Source of the DNA: Squalus acanthias
Lineage: Eukaryota
Direction of reading: 5' to 3'
NCBI GenBank assembly: GCA_030390025.1
Contig: CM059431.1
Coordinates: 156,552,001-156,616,000, forward strand
Length of the DNA stretch: 64,000 nt
The notes beneath the pieces were generated by a model. The model was not told the origin of the DNA. It did not search any database and was given only the letters and a program-made list of their open reading frames with translations. The translations under genes were made by a program, and so were the position numbers. Positions 62,875 through 64,000 of the stretch are shown here, piece by piece (position 1 is the first letter of the stretch; every line of letters begins with the position of its first letter).

Positions 62875-63188
62875 AATCATTTTCTGCCCCTGCCAAAATA
62901 CAGAAACGGCTATTATCAAAATCACAAAATACATCTTTTGTGACTGTAGCAAATGTAAACTATCTCTCCTTGTTCTTCTCGACCTGTCTGCAGCCTTTGA
63001 CACTGTTGACCTCTCCTTATAAAACGCCTCTCCACCGTCGTCCAGCTGGGTGGGACTGCACTCGACCGATAACATTCTTATCTCTCTAATCGAAGACAGA
63101 GAAACACCTGCAATGGCTGTTCTTCCCGCTCCCGCACCGTTACCTCTGGTGCAGCCCCCTCCCAGGGATTTATCGCTGGCCCCCTCCT
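62875..63188 (+). mobile_element. L2 LINE RT fragment
   Basis: TETAIIKITK..CKLSLLVLLDLSAAFDTVD followed by decayed SYLSNR..TVTSG..PQG..GPLL. Confidence 0.8.
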
Positions 63189-64000
63189 CATAGAGTCATA
63201 GATTCATAACGGCACAGAACGAGGCCGTTCGGCCCATCGAGACCGTGCCGTCTCTCTGTATATCAATTCATTCACTCCCATTACCCCGCTCTATCCCCAT
63301 GGCCCTGCAAGCTTATTTCCCTCAAGTGCCGATCAAATTTACCCTGAAAAACATTGAGTGTCTCCGCTTCCAACACTTCCGTCGGCAACGATTTCCAGGC
63401 CCTCACCAATCGCTGTGTAAAAAAGTTTTTCCCACATCACCCCTGTAACTCATGCCCACAACCTTGAATCTGTGTCCCCTAGTCCTTGTATCCACTAATA
63501 GTTGAAACAGCCTTTTCCCGTCTAACCTATCCAAAACCGTCATAATCTTGTACACCTCCAACAAATCAACTCTTTCCTCCTTTGCTCTAATGAAAACAAA
63601 TCCAACTTTTCCAACCTGTCCTTGTAGCTCACATACCCCTTCCCCGGAACCATTCTAGTAAATCTCTTCTGCACCCTCTCAAGGGCATTCACATCCTTCA
63701 TAATGTGAGGTGAACAGAACTGGACACAATACTCCAGTTGTGGCAGGACCAGCGCTTTATAAAGATTCAGCATAACTTCTTTACTTTGTACTGAATACCT
63801 CTGTTTATGAAGAGCAAGATTCCATGTACTTTGTACACAACTCTCTCAATATGTCCCGCCACCTTCAGGGACCAATTCACATTAACTCCCAGGTCCTTCT
63901 ATCCCTGCACACTCTTAAAAATTGTGCCATTAAGTATATATTGCCTCTCTCTGTGTCTTCTGCCACAATACATCACCTCACACTTTTCTGTATCAAATTC
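63189..64000 (-). mobile_element. CR1 3' portion, minus strand; runs off the window
   Basis: Reversed tail CATAGAGTCATAGATTCATA; ORF 63540-63773(-) LYKALVLPQLEYCVQF. Confidence 0.88.

Overview
Repeat-dominated vertebrate genomic DNA, very probably an elasmobranch (shark/ray), judged from an HE1-like V-SINE, the CR1 families and a cartilaginous-fish-type NACHT. No intact host gene was found. The window holds (i) many nested CR1 LINE copies, including one near full-length element at ~16.6-21.2 kb, plus L2, RTE, Penelope-like and V-SINE fragments; (ii) a ~31 kb array of a 27-bp minisatellite (~21.3-52.2 kb) invaded by retroelements, which produces most of the spurious periodic ORFs; (iii) a minus-strand NLR (NACHT) pseudogene split by a CR1 and cut off by the satellite; (iv) a second, ~39-bp minisatellite near 62 kb. 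The most unusual structure is an ~820-bp Penelope-derived foldback. It has a hammerhead-ribozyme motif near each outer end and (TTAGGG)3 exactly at its inversion junction, and it sits inside a CR1-5'UTR / CR1-3'-end composite. Family names rest on motif recognition, not database searches, and most boundaries are approximate.
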